Assembly (NCBI GenBank): GCA_964583095.1
Contig: CAZOVB010000003.1
Location: forward strand, 562 to 64,561
Origin: an uncultured Planctomycetaceae bacterium
GTDB lineage: Bacteria; Planctomycetota; Phycisphaerae; SM23-33
Direction: 5' to 3'
Length of the DNA: 64,000 nucleotides
Part shown: positions 39,751 through 48,754 of the stretch, piece by piece
Numbering within the stretch: position 1 is the first letter of the stretch
How the letters are laid out: each line of letters opens with the position of its first letter
Program-made: the position numbers and the translations under genes
The notes under the pieces: model-generated
Told to the model about the DNA's origin: nothing
Seen by the model: only the letters and a program-made list of their open reading frames with translations
Databases searched by the model: none

Positions 39751-41313
39751 ATGAGGACACCTCCAACGCCAACCCTTCCGGCCTTGATCCTCCTTACAGG
39801 CCTCGCAGCAGCGTCGCCTCCCAGCGTGTATGAGTCGCAGGTCGAGCCGACGCCGGCCGGCGACCTGGACCGGGCCCTCTTCGCCGCCTGGAAAGCCAAG
39901 GGAATCCAGCCGGCCCGGGTCTGTACCGACGCCGTCTTCATCCGACGAGCCTACCTGGACGTGCTGGGCATCCTTCCGGAGGTCCAGGAAGTCCAGGAAT
40001 TCCTGGCAGACAAGGGCACCGACAAGCGGACCAGGCTCATCGACGAACTGCTCCAGCGAGAAGAGTTTGCCGACTACTGGGCCATGCACTGGAGCGACGT
40101 GCTGCGGGTCCGCTCGGAGTTCCCGATCAATCTCTGGCCCAATGCCGTCCAGGCCTATCATCGCTGGCTTCACGAAGCCCTGTCCCGGAACCTCCCGTAT
40201 GATCAGTTTGCCCGGCAGTTGCTCACACTCAACGGCAGCAACTTCCGTGTCCCAGCCGTCAACTTCTTCCGCGCCGTCCAGAGCAAGGAGCCGGAGAACC
40301 TGGCCTCGGCGGCCGCACTGGTCTTCATGGGAGATCGGATGGAGACCTGGCCTCAGCAGAGACGGGAGGGACTGGAAGTCTTCTTCCAGCGGGTCGGGTA
40401 CAAGTCCACCAAGGAGTGGAAGGAGGAGATCGTCTTCTTCGACACCTCCAAGCCCCATACACCCGAAGGGATTCTGCCCGACGGAACCCGTGTCAAGCTG
40501 GCCCCCGATCAGGACCCCCGCACGGTCTTTGCCGACTGGCTGGTTCGCAAGGACAACCCGTGGTTCGCCAAGGCCATGGCCAACAGGACCTGGGCCTGGG
40601 TGTTTGGCCGGGGGCTGATCCACGAGCCCGACGACATCCGCAAGGATAACCCTCCTTCCTGTCCCGAGGCGCTTGCGGTGCTGGAAAAGCGGTTCATCGC
40701 GTCGGACTACGACTTCAAAGCCCTGCTTCGGGAGATTCTCACCTCCACCACGTATCAGCTTTCCTGCGTCCCGCGCAGCGAGAAACCCGAAGTGCAGAGC
40801 TTCTTCGCCGCGTACCCGCTGCGGCGTATCGATGCAGAGATTCTCATCGACATCCTCTGCAAGGTCACCGGGACCACCGAGGAGTATCACAGCAAGATCC
40901 CCGAACCGTTTACCTGGGTCCCCGAGCACCAGCGGACGGTACGGCTGGGTGACGGGAGTATCACCAGTTCCTTCCTGGAGCTGTTTGGACGTCCCGCTCG
41001 CGACAGCGCGATGATGTCGGCCCGAAGCAACGAGTTCACCCCCGCACAGGCGCTGCACCTGCTCAACTCCAGCCACATCCGCAACAAGATCGAGCGCGGG
41101 GGCAAGCTCCGCAGCCTTCGGGGGCGGATCAACCGCAGCCCCGACGAGGCGCTGGAGGTCATCTACCTGACGTTGCTTTCGCGCAAGCCGACGGCCGAGG
41201 AAGTCCAGGCCATCAAGACATACATGGAAGATAAATCGGTTCCGAGGCACCTGGCCTCTGTGGACATTATCTGGGCACTGATCAACTCTCCGGAATTCCT
41301 GTATCGCCATTAA
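39751..41313 (+). CDS. DUF1549/DUF1553-domain protein (planctomycete PSCyt2/PSD1-type)
   Basis: The signal peptide is followed by …DELLQREEFADYWAMHWSDVLRV… (DUF1549-like). The C-terminal …LLNSSHIRNKIERGG…EVIYLTLLSRKPTAEE… is DUF1553-like. Proteins of this kind are characteristically paired with a DUF1501 gene. Confidence 0.6.
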   Translation: MRTPPTPTLPALILLTGLAAASPPSVYESQVEPTPAGDLDRALFAAWKAKGIQPARVCTDAVFIRRAYLDVLGILPEVQEVQEFLADKGTDKRTRLIDELLQREEFADYWAMHWSDVLRVRSEFPINLWPNAVQAYHRWLHEALSRNLPYDQFARQLLTLNGSNFRVPAVNFFRAVQSKEPENLASAAALVFMGDRMETWPQQRREGLEVFFQRVGYKSTKEWKEEIVFFDTSKPHTPEGILPDGTRVKLAPDQDPRTVFADWLVRKDNPWFAKAMANRTWAWVFGRGLIHEPDDIRKDNPPSCPEALAVLEKRFIASDYDFKALLREILTSTTYQLSCVPRSEKPEVQSFFAAYPLRRIDAEILIDILCKVTGTTEEYHSKIPEPFTWVPEHQRTVRLGDGSITSSFLELFGRPARDSAMMSARSNEFTPAQALHLLNSSHIRNKIERGGKLRSLRGRINRSPDEALEVIYLTLLSRKPTAEEVQAIKTYMEDKSVPRHLASVDIIWALINSPEFLYRH

Positions 41314-41323
41314 GAGGTGAAGC

Positions 41324-42676
41324 ATGATGAGTCGCGAACAAATCTACACGCTGTCCCGGCGAGGACTGCTCAAGGGCGCCCTGGGCGCAGGGGCCGGAGC
41401 CTTCCTGGCAGGGCCGACGTTCTGGCCCGAGCTTCTCTCGGCCGCTCCCACGCCCAAGGCCGCCAAGGCCAAGTCCATCATCCAGATCTGGATGTGGGGT
41501 GGACCGTCCCACATCGACACGTTCGACCCCAAGCCCGATGCCGGCCAGGACTACACCGGGCCGCTGAACAAGCCCATCGAGACCAACGTCAAGGGCGTCC
41601 GGATCGGCCAGCTCCTGCCCCTGCTGGCCAAGCAGGCCGACAAATACGCAATCCTGCGAAGCATGACACACGGCATCAACGGCCACGAGACCGCCTCCTA
41701 CATGGTCCAGACCGGTCGCAGGCCCGGCGGACGCATCAGCTTCCCCAGTGTCGGGGCGGTGGTCTCGTACTTCAAGGGATACGAGGCCGGCTACAAGGGG
41801 CTCATCCCGCCCTACATCGTCATCACCCGCCCGCAAGGCCGATTCTCCGAGGCCGGCTTCCTGGGCAATCGCTTCAAGCCCTTTGCTACCGGAGGGAATC
41901 CCGCCCGCGATCCCTTTGCGGTCGAGGGCGTGGTGGCCCCGGGCATCACCCGCCAGAGGCAGCAGAGCCGCCGACAGCTTCTGGGCAAGCTGGACTCCCT
42001 CGGGAAAGTCCTCAAGGGAACCGAGCAGATGCGGGAGCACCGCGAGGCGACCGAAAAAGCCTACGACCTGATCCTCGGAGATGCCGGAAAGGTCTTCGAT
42101 CTTACCCAGGAACCCGACGAGCTGCGCGACCGTTACGGCCGGACCGCCTTTGGCCAGTCCTGCCTGGCCGCCAGACGACTGGTCGAACAGGGCGTGCCCT
42201 ACATCACCATCAACTATCCCGGGTGGGATACCCACAAGCAGCACTTCCCCCAGATGCAGCAGAAGCTGCCCGAACTGGACAAGGGCTTCGCCACCCTCCT
42301 GGAAGACCTCAGCAGCCGGGGCCTGCTCGAGAGCACGATCGTCTGGTGGACCGGGGAATTCGGCCGAGGCCCCAAGGTCCAGTGGGAAGCGCCCTGGAAC
42401 GGCGGCAGGAGCCACTATGGCCGATGCTTCACATCCATCCTGGCCGGGGGCGGATTCCAGGGAGGCAGCGTCGTGGGCAGCTCGGACGAGAAAGGCATGA
42501 CCGTCAAGGACCGCCCCATCTACCCCTGGGACCTCATTGCAAGCCTCTATACCCAGATGGGCATTCCGCTGGACGCAAAACTCCAGCACCCCCTGGGACA
42601 GAAGGTGCCCGTTCTGGCAGCCGACACGGACGACAAAGACGGCGGACAGATCCGCCCCCTGACCGAGATCATGTAA
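41324..42676 (+). CDS. DUF1501-domain protein (sulfatase-like fold) with a Tat signal
   Basis: The twin-arginine signal is SRRGLLKGALGAGAGAFLAG. It is paired with the upstream DUF1549/1553 gene. Confidence 0.6.
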   Translation: MMSREQIYTLSRRGLLKGALGAGAGAFLAGPTFWPELLSAAPTPKAAKAKSIIQIWMWGGPSHIDTFDPKPDAGQDYTGPLNKPIETNVKGVRIGQLLPLLAKQADKYAILRSMTHGINGHETASYMVQTGRRPGGRISFPSVGAVVSYFKGYEAGYKGLIPPYIVITRPQGRFSEAGFLGNRFKPFATGGNPARDPFAVEGVVAPGITRQRQQSRRQLLGKLDSLGKVLKGTEQMREHREATEKAYDLILGDAGKVFDLTQEPDELRDRYGRTAFGQSCLAARRLVEQGVPYITINYPGWDTHKQHFPQMQQKLPELDKGFATLLEDLSSRGLLESTIVWWTGEFGRGPKVQWEAPWNGGRSHYGRCFTSILAGGGFQGGSVVGSSDEKGMTVKDRPIYPWDLIASLYTQMGIPLDAKLQHPLGQKVPVLAADTDDKDGGQIRPLTEIM

Positions 42677-42691
42677 CCACCGGAGAAGATC

Positions 42692-44986
42692 ATGCACATT
42701 TCCACCAGAAATCGCGGATGGGTCCTGGTTCTGGCCCTGATTCTCTCCAGCGCACCTGCCTGGGCCCAGCGATGGCGGGAGCCTCCGCAGATCGGCTATG
42801 CCTACCCTTCGGGAGGCCGACAGGGAGAAACCCTCCAGGTCACCGTCGGGGGCCAGCGATTCAAGGATGAGGCAAAGGTCTTCATATCGGGCCAGGGCGT
42901 CCAGGCCCAACTGGTCGAGTACCTGCCCCCCCTCCGCCAGAAGGAAATCAGCAAGATCCGGGAGGTCCTCAGGACCGCCCAGAAGCGTTTCCGCGAGGAA
43001 AGCAAGAAAAAGGAAGGCAACGTCGCCCAGCGATCTCCTCAGGGCCGAGCCCTCCTGCGGAAACTCGTAGCCGAAGAGGCCAAAAAGAAAGAAGTCACCC
43101 TTCAAGATATCCAGCGCCTGCGCGAGTGGCAGAGACGCCGCCAGGACCCCAAGCGACAACTCAACCCGCAACTGGCCGAGACCATGACGGTGGAGATCCA
43201 GATCGATGCCGATGCAGCCCCCGGCGTGCGAACCCTGCGCGTGATGACCAACACGGGCCTGAGCAATCCGATCCGCTTCCTCGTGGGCCAACTGCCCCAG
43301 ATGGATGAGATCGAACCCAACAGCCAGCCCGACCAGGCCACCAAAGTCGACAACCTGCCCATCGTCGCCAACGGCCAGATCATGCCCGGCGATGTGGATC
43401 ACTTCCGCTTCACCGGCAAAAGGGGCCGGCAGATCGTCATCGATGTCGACGCGCGAAAGATCGTCCCCTACCTGGCCGATGCGGTGCCCGGATGGTTCCA
43501 GGCCACCGTCGCCCTGCTGGACGCCCAGGGCAACGAACTGGCGTTCGTCGATGACTTCCGTCACGACCCCGACCCGATCCTCGCCTATCAGATCCCCGAA
43601 GACGGGGAGTACATCGTGCAGATCCGCGATTCGATCTACCGGGGCCGAGAGGACTTCGTCTACCGCATCCGCATCGGACAACTGCCCCAGATCACCGGCG
43701 TCTATCCCCTGGGCGTGGAAGCAGGCAAACAGGCCGGCGTCGAGCTGACCGGCTACAACCTGCCCCCCAACCAGCGGAAGCAGAAGCTGCGGCCCACATC
43801 CCCCGGAAAGGTCCCTGTGCAGGTCCAGGCGGGCAAGGTGGTCTCCGAGCCCTGGTATGTCCGCGCTGTGGATACACCGGTTATCGAGGCGGCCGAACCC
43901 AACGACAGCCCCGCCGACGCCCTGGAAGTCAAAGGCTCCGCGGCCATCAACGGGCGCATCGAGACCGAAGGAGATGTCGATGTCTTCGCCGTCCACGCTC
44001 GAAAGGGCCAAGCCCTCATCGCCCGTGTGGAGGCCCGGACGCTCAACTCGCCGCTGGACTCGCTGCTCTGGATCACCGACGAAACGGGCAAGGAACTGGC
44101 CCGCAACGACGACTACGAAGACCCCGGCCATGGGCTGATCACCCACCATGCCGATTCGCGGCTGGAGTTTCACGCCCCGGCCGACGGGAAGTACCTGCTC
44201 TGGATCGGGGACACCCAGCACCGCGGCGGCCAGGCTTTTACGTATCTGCTTCATGTCGGGTCCTCGGCGGGAGACTTCGACCTGCGCATCACCCCCTCCG
44301 GGGTCAACGCCCAAGCCGGCCAGGCGCTGCCCATCGAGGTCTTTGCGCTTCGCAAGGGCGGCTTTGACGGGCCGATCCAACTGGAACTTGTCGATGCGCC
44401 CGAGGAGTACTCCCTCTCGGGAGCGACCATCCCCGCCGGAGTGGACAAGGTACGTCTGACCCTCCACCTGCCTGCCCGCATGAAGGAAGACGCCGTCCAG
44501 ACGCTCCGGATGGCCGGGCAGGCAAAGATCGACGGGCGCGACGTGGAGCGTCTGGCCGAGCCGGCCGACGATCAGATGCAGGCGTTCATCTACCACCACC
44601 TGGTCTGCGTCGACCAGTGGACCTTCAACATCAGAAAACGGCGATACGGCGGGCCGACCTGGACGCCCAAAACCAAACTGCCCGTCACGCTCCAGCCGGG
44701 GCAAAAGGTCGAGTACGTCCTTCAGGCCGATCGGATCCCCCCCAACGGCAAGTTCCAGATCCGCCTGGACAACCCGCCCGAGGGAATTTCCCTGGCGGGG
44801 GTGAAGATCGATGGCAACACCGTTACCATGGGCATCCGGGCAGCCAAGGACGCCAAGCCCTCGGCCGGCAACCTGATGATGGAAGCCTTGGTGATCCGGA
44901 CCTTCAACCCCGGCAAACCCAATCAGCGCGTTCGAACGATCCCGGTCGGTTACCTGCCGGCCACCCCGTACGTCCTGGAAAAATAG
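42692..44986 (+). CDS. secreted protein with two pre-peptidase C-terminal (PPC)-like beta-sandwich domains
   Basis: Signal peptide MHISTRNRGWVLVLALILSSAPAWAQ. Two repeats follow, each with a GDVDxF...G....I.V.A (PPC-like) pattern. Confidence 0.45.
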   Translation: MHISTRNRGWVLVLALILSSAPAWAQRWREPPQIGYAYPSGGRQGETLQVTVGGQRFKDEAKVFISGQGVQAQLVEYLPPLRQKEISKIREVLRTAQKRFREESKKKEGNVAQRSPQGRALLRKLVAEEAKKKEVTLQDIQRLREWQRRRQDPKRQLNPQLAETMTVEIQIDADAAPGVRTLRVMTNTGLSNPIRFLVGQLPQMDEIEPNSQPDQATKVDNLPIVANGQIMPGDVDHFRFTGKRGRQIVIDVDARKIVPYLADAVPGWFQATVALLDAQGNELAFVDDFRHDPDPILAYQIPEDGEYIVQIRDSIYRGREDFVYRIRIGQLPQITGVYPLGVEAGKQAGVELTGYNLPPNQRKQKLRPTSPGKVPVQVQAGKVVSEPWYVRAVDTPVIEAAEPNDSPADALEVKGSAAINGRIETEGDVDVFAVHARKGQALIARVEARTLNSPLDSLLWITDETGKELARNDDYEDPGHGLITHHADSRLEFHAPADGKYLLWIGDTQHRGGQAFTYLLHVGSSAGDFDLRITPSGVNAQAGQALPIEVFALRKGGFDGPIQLELVDAPEEYSLSGATIPAGVDKVRLTLHLPARMKEDAVQTLRMAGQAKIDGRDVERLAEPADDQMQAFIYHHLVCVDQWTFNIRKRRYGGPTWTPKTKLPVTLQPGQKVEYVLQADRIPPNGKFQIRLDNPPEGISLAGVKIDGNTVTMGIRAAKDAKPSAGNLMMEALVIRTFNPGKPNQRVRTIPVGYLPATPYVLEK

Positions 44987-45026
44987 CTTCCTTGCCATGC
45001 GGCGCAGCGGACAGTACCTTCAAGGC

Positions 45027-45734
45027 ATGGCCAAGCGCTTCCTGGATGCTTACGACGTGGTCTTGTTGGACGTGGGCGGCACGTTCATGTTCGACTGCGA
45101 TCGGTTCGACGAAACGATGGCCAGGACCTACGCCCGGATGGGAGGAAGATCTCTCTGCCCGGCGCAGGTCCAGACCATCCTGGGGGATCTCTATACACAG
45201 ATGCTGGCCATCGGACGCGACCCCTGCTGCCACGACAACTTCCCCCGTGTGCGCAGCCACCTGGCCCGCCTGGAGACCGCCGAAAATCTCGGTTGGGATG
45301 AACTGGACCTGCTGGCCCGTGTTTTCGCCGCCCACGAGGTGGGCCACATCCCCGAAAGCTCAGCCGAAATCCTCCACGCACTGGGCGGGAATCATCGCCT
45401 GGGTGTCGTCTCCAACGTCTGGTCGGACAGCGATATTTTTCTGAACGCCTTCAACCAGGCCGGCATCGAGGATTTGCTCGACGTGATCGTTTTCTCGTCC
45501 GACCATGGATGGATCAAGCCCTCCCGTCGCCTCTTCGATAAAGCCATCGAGTATCTGCAGATCCCCCGAGAGCGAATCGTGCATGTGGGCAACAGCTTTG
45601 ATTGCGACGTCGTGGGAGCCAGGCGAGCCGGAATCGCAGCCGTCTGGATCAACCCCGAGGGCCTGGAACCCCCCGCCAACGAGCCCATCCCGGATCTGAC
45701 CCTCCAGAACCTGGGGCAACTGCTCGAAGCGTAG
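45027..45734 (+). CDS. HAD-superfamily hydrolase
   Basis: Motif I is VVLLDVGGT, and a C-terminal motif IV-like VGNSFDCDVVGARRAG is present. Confidence 0.6.
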   Translation: MAKRFLDAYDVVLLDVGGTFMFDCDRFDETMARTYARMGGRSLCPAQVQTILGDLYTQMLAIGRDPCCHDNFPRVRSHLARLETAENLGWDELDLLARVFAAHEVGHIPESSAEILHALGGNHRLGVVSNVWSDSDIFLNAFNQAGIEDLLDVIVFSSDHGWIKPSRRLFDKAIEYLQIPRERIVHVGNSFDCDVVGARRAGIAAVWINPEGLEPPANEPIPDLTLQNLGQLLEA

Positions 45735-45997
45735 GGAGGGGAATTCTCGACGGTAAGGCGTAGGGCGGGCAACTCCCCAGGCGAAGCGCAGGGGTTGCCC
45801 GCGGGAGAAGGAAACAGGGGGATCAATTCGTACCCCCCCGGCGCAATTCGTTCCGAGACCAGCCCTTCGCGGCCAAGGCCGCTGCGGGATCTGCCCGCCC
45901 TACGGAGCAACCCGCGGGCGCAAACTGAAATCGCCGGGAACGACCCATGGCCGCTCCCGGCGATTCAGGAGGAGGTCCTTCAGATGAAAAAGCTTAC

Positions 45998-46747
45998 TTA
46001 CGCACGGCGCCTGCGACGCAGGGCCACCAGACCGCCCAGACCCAGCAGACTCATCGTCGCCGGCTCGGGAATGGTCTCAATGGTCATGCTGTAGATCGAG
46101 TCACCACTTCCGCCAGGGGAAATATTGATGTTGTACTTGTCATGTCCGTCGGCGGCGAGAGTGTCATCGTTGAGATCCAATGCAAAATTGGCAACGAGAT
46201 AGTCGCCTCCCGAAGGGGTACCATCGTAGTAGCCCTGAAGGAAAGTCTTAAGGGCTGATGCGCCCGCCGCAGAGAGGGAGACAGCAGTCTCATTGCCGAT
46301 CCCCTCTGTGAAGTAATCATCCTGGATCATCGTCCACATACCGATGCCACCTGTATAATCCATCGGCGCCAGATAGTCACCCTCGGCCAAGGTGATGCCA
46401 CCACCCTCGTCCGCGGCTTGGATCTTTACGAACAGCGCGGCCGTCGCTGTTGGTGGCTCGTTGTCATCCGACAAGTGTTCGGCACGATGCTCCATTTCGA
46501 GGTCCACCGAATCGACGTCCAGTCCACCCAGATCCGGCAGCAGATATGTCGTCGCTGCCGAGTACGGAGTTCCACTGTTCTGACCTACATTCGAATCCTG
46601 GGTGGCTGACCTTGTAGCGGCACCGGACGTACCGAGTTTCCACCATCCGCCATTCTCGACGTCCGGAGTCACAGTGACTGCGCCTTGTGCCAAGGTTCCG
46701 ACTGCCAATACTGCCACTAAACTTGCTGCGATTGCGACTTGCTTCAT
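45998..46747 (-). CDS. PEP-CTERM sorting-domain protein, a putative exosortase substrate
   Basis: An N-terminal signal peptide. The C-terminal ...IPEPATMSLLGLGGLVALRRRRRA carries the PEP motif, a TM helix and an Arg cluster. Confidence 0.8.
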   Translation of the reverse strand: MKQVAIAASLVAVLAVGTLAQGAVTVTPDVENGGWWKLGTSGAATRSATQDSNVGQNSGTPYSAATTYLLPDLGGLDVDSVDLEMEHRAEHLSDDNEPPTATAALFVKIQAADEGGGITLAEGDYLAPMDYTGGIGMWTMIQDDYFTEGIGNETAVSLSAAGASALKTFLQGYYDGTPSGGDYLVANFALDLNDDTLAADGHDKYNINISPGGSGDSIYSMTIETIPEPATMSLLGLGGLVALRRRRRA

Positions 46748-46895
46748 AGCAAAGCCTCCTTCTCTCTCGTTTTCCTAGTGGTTACCGAAATGCTCCTCAA
46801 CATCACTGCTGAAAGTTTATACTGAATTCGCCCGGGTGTCTGTTGCACTTTGCGTTATAATTGTTCGACTTTACGACATCTTTCAGGAGCCTGTC

Positions 46896-48134
46896 ATGCG
46901 ACGCAAGATCGCCGTCTTCCCCGGTAGTGACCGCAACAGCCATCGCAGCCGAAAGACCCTCCAGGGCATCCGAGACTACTGCGAACACGGCTCGCCGTGG
47001 ATCATCCGCAGCCTGGGATACTGGCCCGAGGGCATGCAGGAGGAAGCATCCATCGGCCGCAGCGCAGGCCGTTGGCCGGCAGACGGCGGGATCGTCTATC
47101 GCGACGGCATCGGGCACCCCACCCTGTTCGGCAGAAAGGGCAGGTTCCCCGTCGTGTCCGTTCTCGAGAGCTATTCCAAGCCGGACCCCCACAAACTGCC
47201 CAAGGGCCTGTCAATGCGGATCCTGGTCGACAATCACGAGATCGGCCAAAGGGCGGCCGAGCACCTGCTCACCTGCGGCCAGCAGCGTTTCGCCTACATC
47301 GGCGCAGAAGGCGTCCACCAGTGCAACCAGCGACTGGAGGGCTTCTGCGGACATCTGAAAAGAAGCGACCTGGAATGCCTCCCCTTCCGCGTCGACCTGA
47401 CCCGGGCCAGGATGATCTACTCCCACGCCTGGCTGGCGCCGGATCCCCAGGTGGCCAACTGGCTCAAAGAGCTTCCCAAACCGGTGGGCATCTTCGCAGA
47501 CGGCGACGCCCTGGGACGCGAGATCCTGGATTCCTGCATGGCCCTGGATATCCGCGTGCCCCAGGAGGTGGCCGTTGTCGGCATCAACAACGACGAAGAC
47601 CTCTGCCTGGCCTCGCATCCCCTGCTTTCTTCGGTGCCGATCCCCTTTGATCGGATCGGCTACGAGGCGGCCTCCTGGCTGGATCGCCTGATGGACGGCG
47701 ACTCTCCCCCCAAGGACCTGGTCTACATCCCGATCCCCCCGGCCATCCGACGCGAGTCGACCAACATTGCCGCCCTGGATGAGCCCCTCCTGGCCGATGC
47801 GATCCACTTCGTGCGGGAACACGCCTGCGATCCGATCGATGTCAACCGGATCCTCGAAGAGGTCCCCATCGGGCGCCGGCGCCTCGAGCGGGGCTTCCAG
47901 CGGACGCTGGGCCTCTCTCCCCATGCCGAGATCCGCCGCGTGCAGATGGAAAAGGCCTGCAAGCTGCTGATCGAGTCGGATTTGAGCGTCGGGCGCATCG
48001 CAAAAGCGGTCGGGCTCACCCGCGCCCACTTCGGCAAGGTCTTCCGCGATGAGCAGGGCCTGTCCCCCCTGGCCTACCGCAGGGAGTACCGCGGAAACGC
48101 GGCCGTCTCCAGCCGGCAAGGCCCACAGGCGTAG
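46896..48134 (+). CDS. XylR-like AraC-family transcriptional regulator (periplasmic-binding-protein-like sensor plus AraC HTH)
   Basis: The RBS AGGAG precedes the ATG at 46896. The C-terminal …LLADAIHFVREHACDPI…VGRIAKAVGLTRAHFGKVFRDEQGLSPLAYRREYR is an AraC-type HTH. The N-terminal two-thirds is LacI/PBP-like. Confidence 0.7.
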   Translation: MRRKIAVFPGSDRNSHRSRKTLQGIRDYCEHGSPWIIRSLGYWPEGMQEEASIGRSAGRWPADGGIVYRDGIGHPTLFGRKGRFPVVSVLESYSKPDPHKLPKGLSMRILVDNHEIGQRAAEHLLTCGQQRFAYIGAEGVHQCNQRLEGFCGHLKRSDLECLPFRVDLTRARMIYSHAWLAPDPQVANWLKELPKPVGIFADGDALGREILDSCMALDIRVPQEVAVVGINNDEDLCLASHPLLSSVPIPFDRIGYEAASWLDRLMDGDSPPKDLVYIPIPPAIRRESTNIAALDEPLLADAIHFVREHACDPIDVNRILEEVPIGRRRLERGFQRTLGLSPHAEIRRVQMEKACKLLIESDLSVGRIAKAVGLTRAHFGKVFRDEQGLSPLAYRREYRGNAAVSSRQGPQA

Positions 48135-48174
48135 TCCCTTGCCTTTACAGGTGGGGATGGTATGCTCGGAGCCC

Positions 48175-48735
48175 ATGTTGAAACGTTCCATCCAGATAGC
48201 CATTCTGGTCGCGACCGCCGCTGCCTGCCTGGCAGGGGCCCTTTGGGCTTACCACGCCCACGTGTTCGTGGACAACTTCGACATTGTCGTTCCCGGCAAG
48301 CTCTATCGCAGCAGGCAGCCTCGGCGCGACGACTACTCGACCCTCCAGCGATACGGCATTGCCCGGGTGGTCAATCTCCGCGCCATGGAAGAAGGCCCCG
48401 CCCAGCGCCGCCGCCAGCGGCGCATCCTGGCCACCATGAAGATCGACCATCTGGAGATCCCCATCGCACGCAAGGTCCCAACCGTCGAGCAGGTCCGGGC
48501 GTTCTTCCAGGCCGTCGATACCGCGCCGGGCCCCGTGCTGGTTCACTGCCGGCACGGCGAGGACCGCAGCGGGGTTCTGGTGGCCGCCTGGCGAGTCGCA
48601 CGCCAGGGCTGGTCGATCGAAAAAGCCCTCCACGACATGCGACGCCATCGCTGCCGGATCTCCGGCGAAAAGCTTCGCAGCGTTCGCGACCTGCTGGAGA
48701 CCTTCCGCTCATCTGGGCCGGCTTCGAATCAATAG
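48175..48735 (+). CDS. membrane-anchored protein-tyrosine / dual-specificity phosphatase
   Basis: The N-terminal TM helix is IQIAILVATAAACLAGAL. The CX5R P-loop is VHCRHGEDRSGV. Confidence 0.65.
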   Translation: MLKRSIQIAILVATAAACLAGALWAYHAHVFVDNFDIVVPGKLYRSRQPRRDDYSTLQRYGIARVVNLRAMEEGPAQRRRQRRILATMKIDHLEIPIARKVPTVEQVRAFFQAVDTAPGPVLVHCRHGEDRSGVLVAAWRVARQGWSIEKALHDMRRHRCRISGEKLRSVRDLLETFRSSGPASNQ

Positions 48736-48754
48736 CACAAAAAAAGGAGTAGCC

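Noticed and set aside
41282-44998. A 1238-aa minus-strand ORF
   Set aside because: It lies antisense to the DUF1501 and PPC-domain genes and has GC-bias composition with no motifs.
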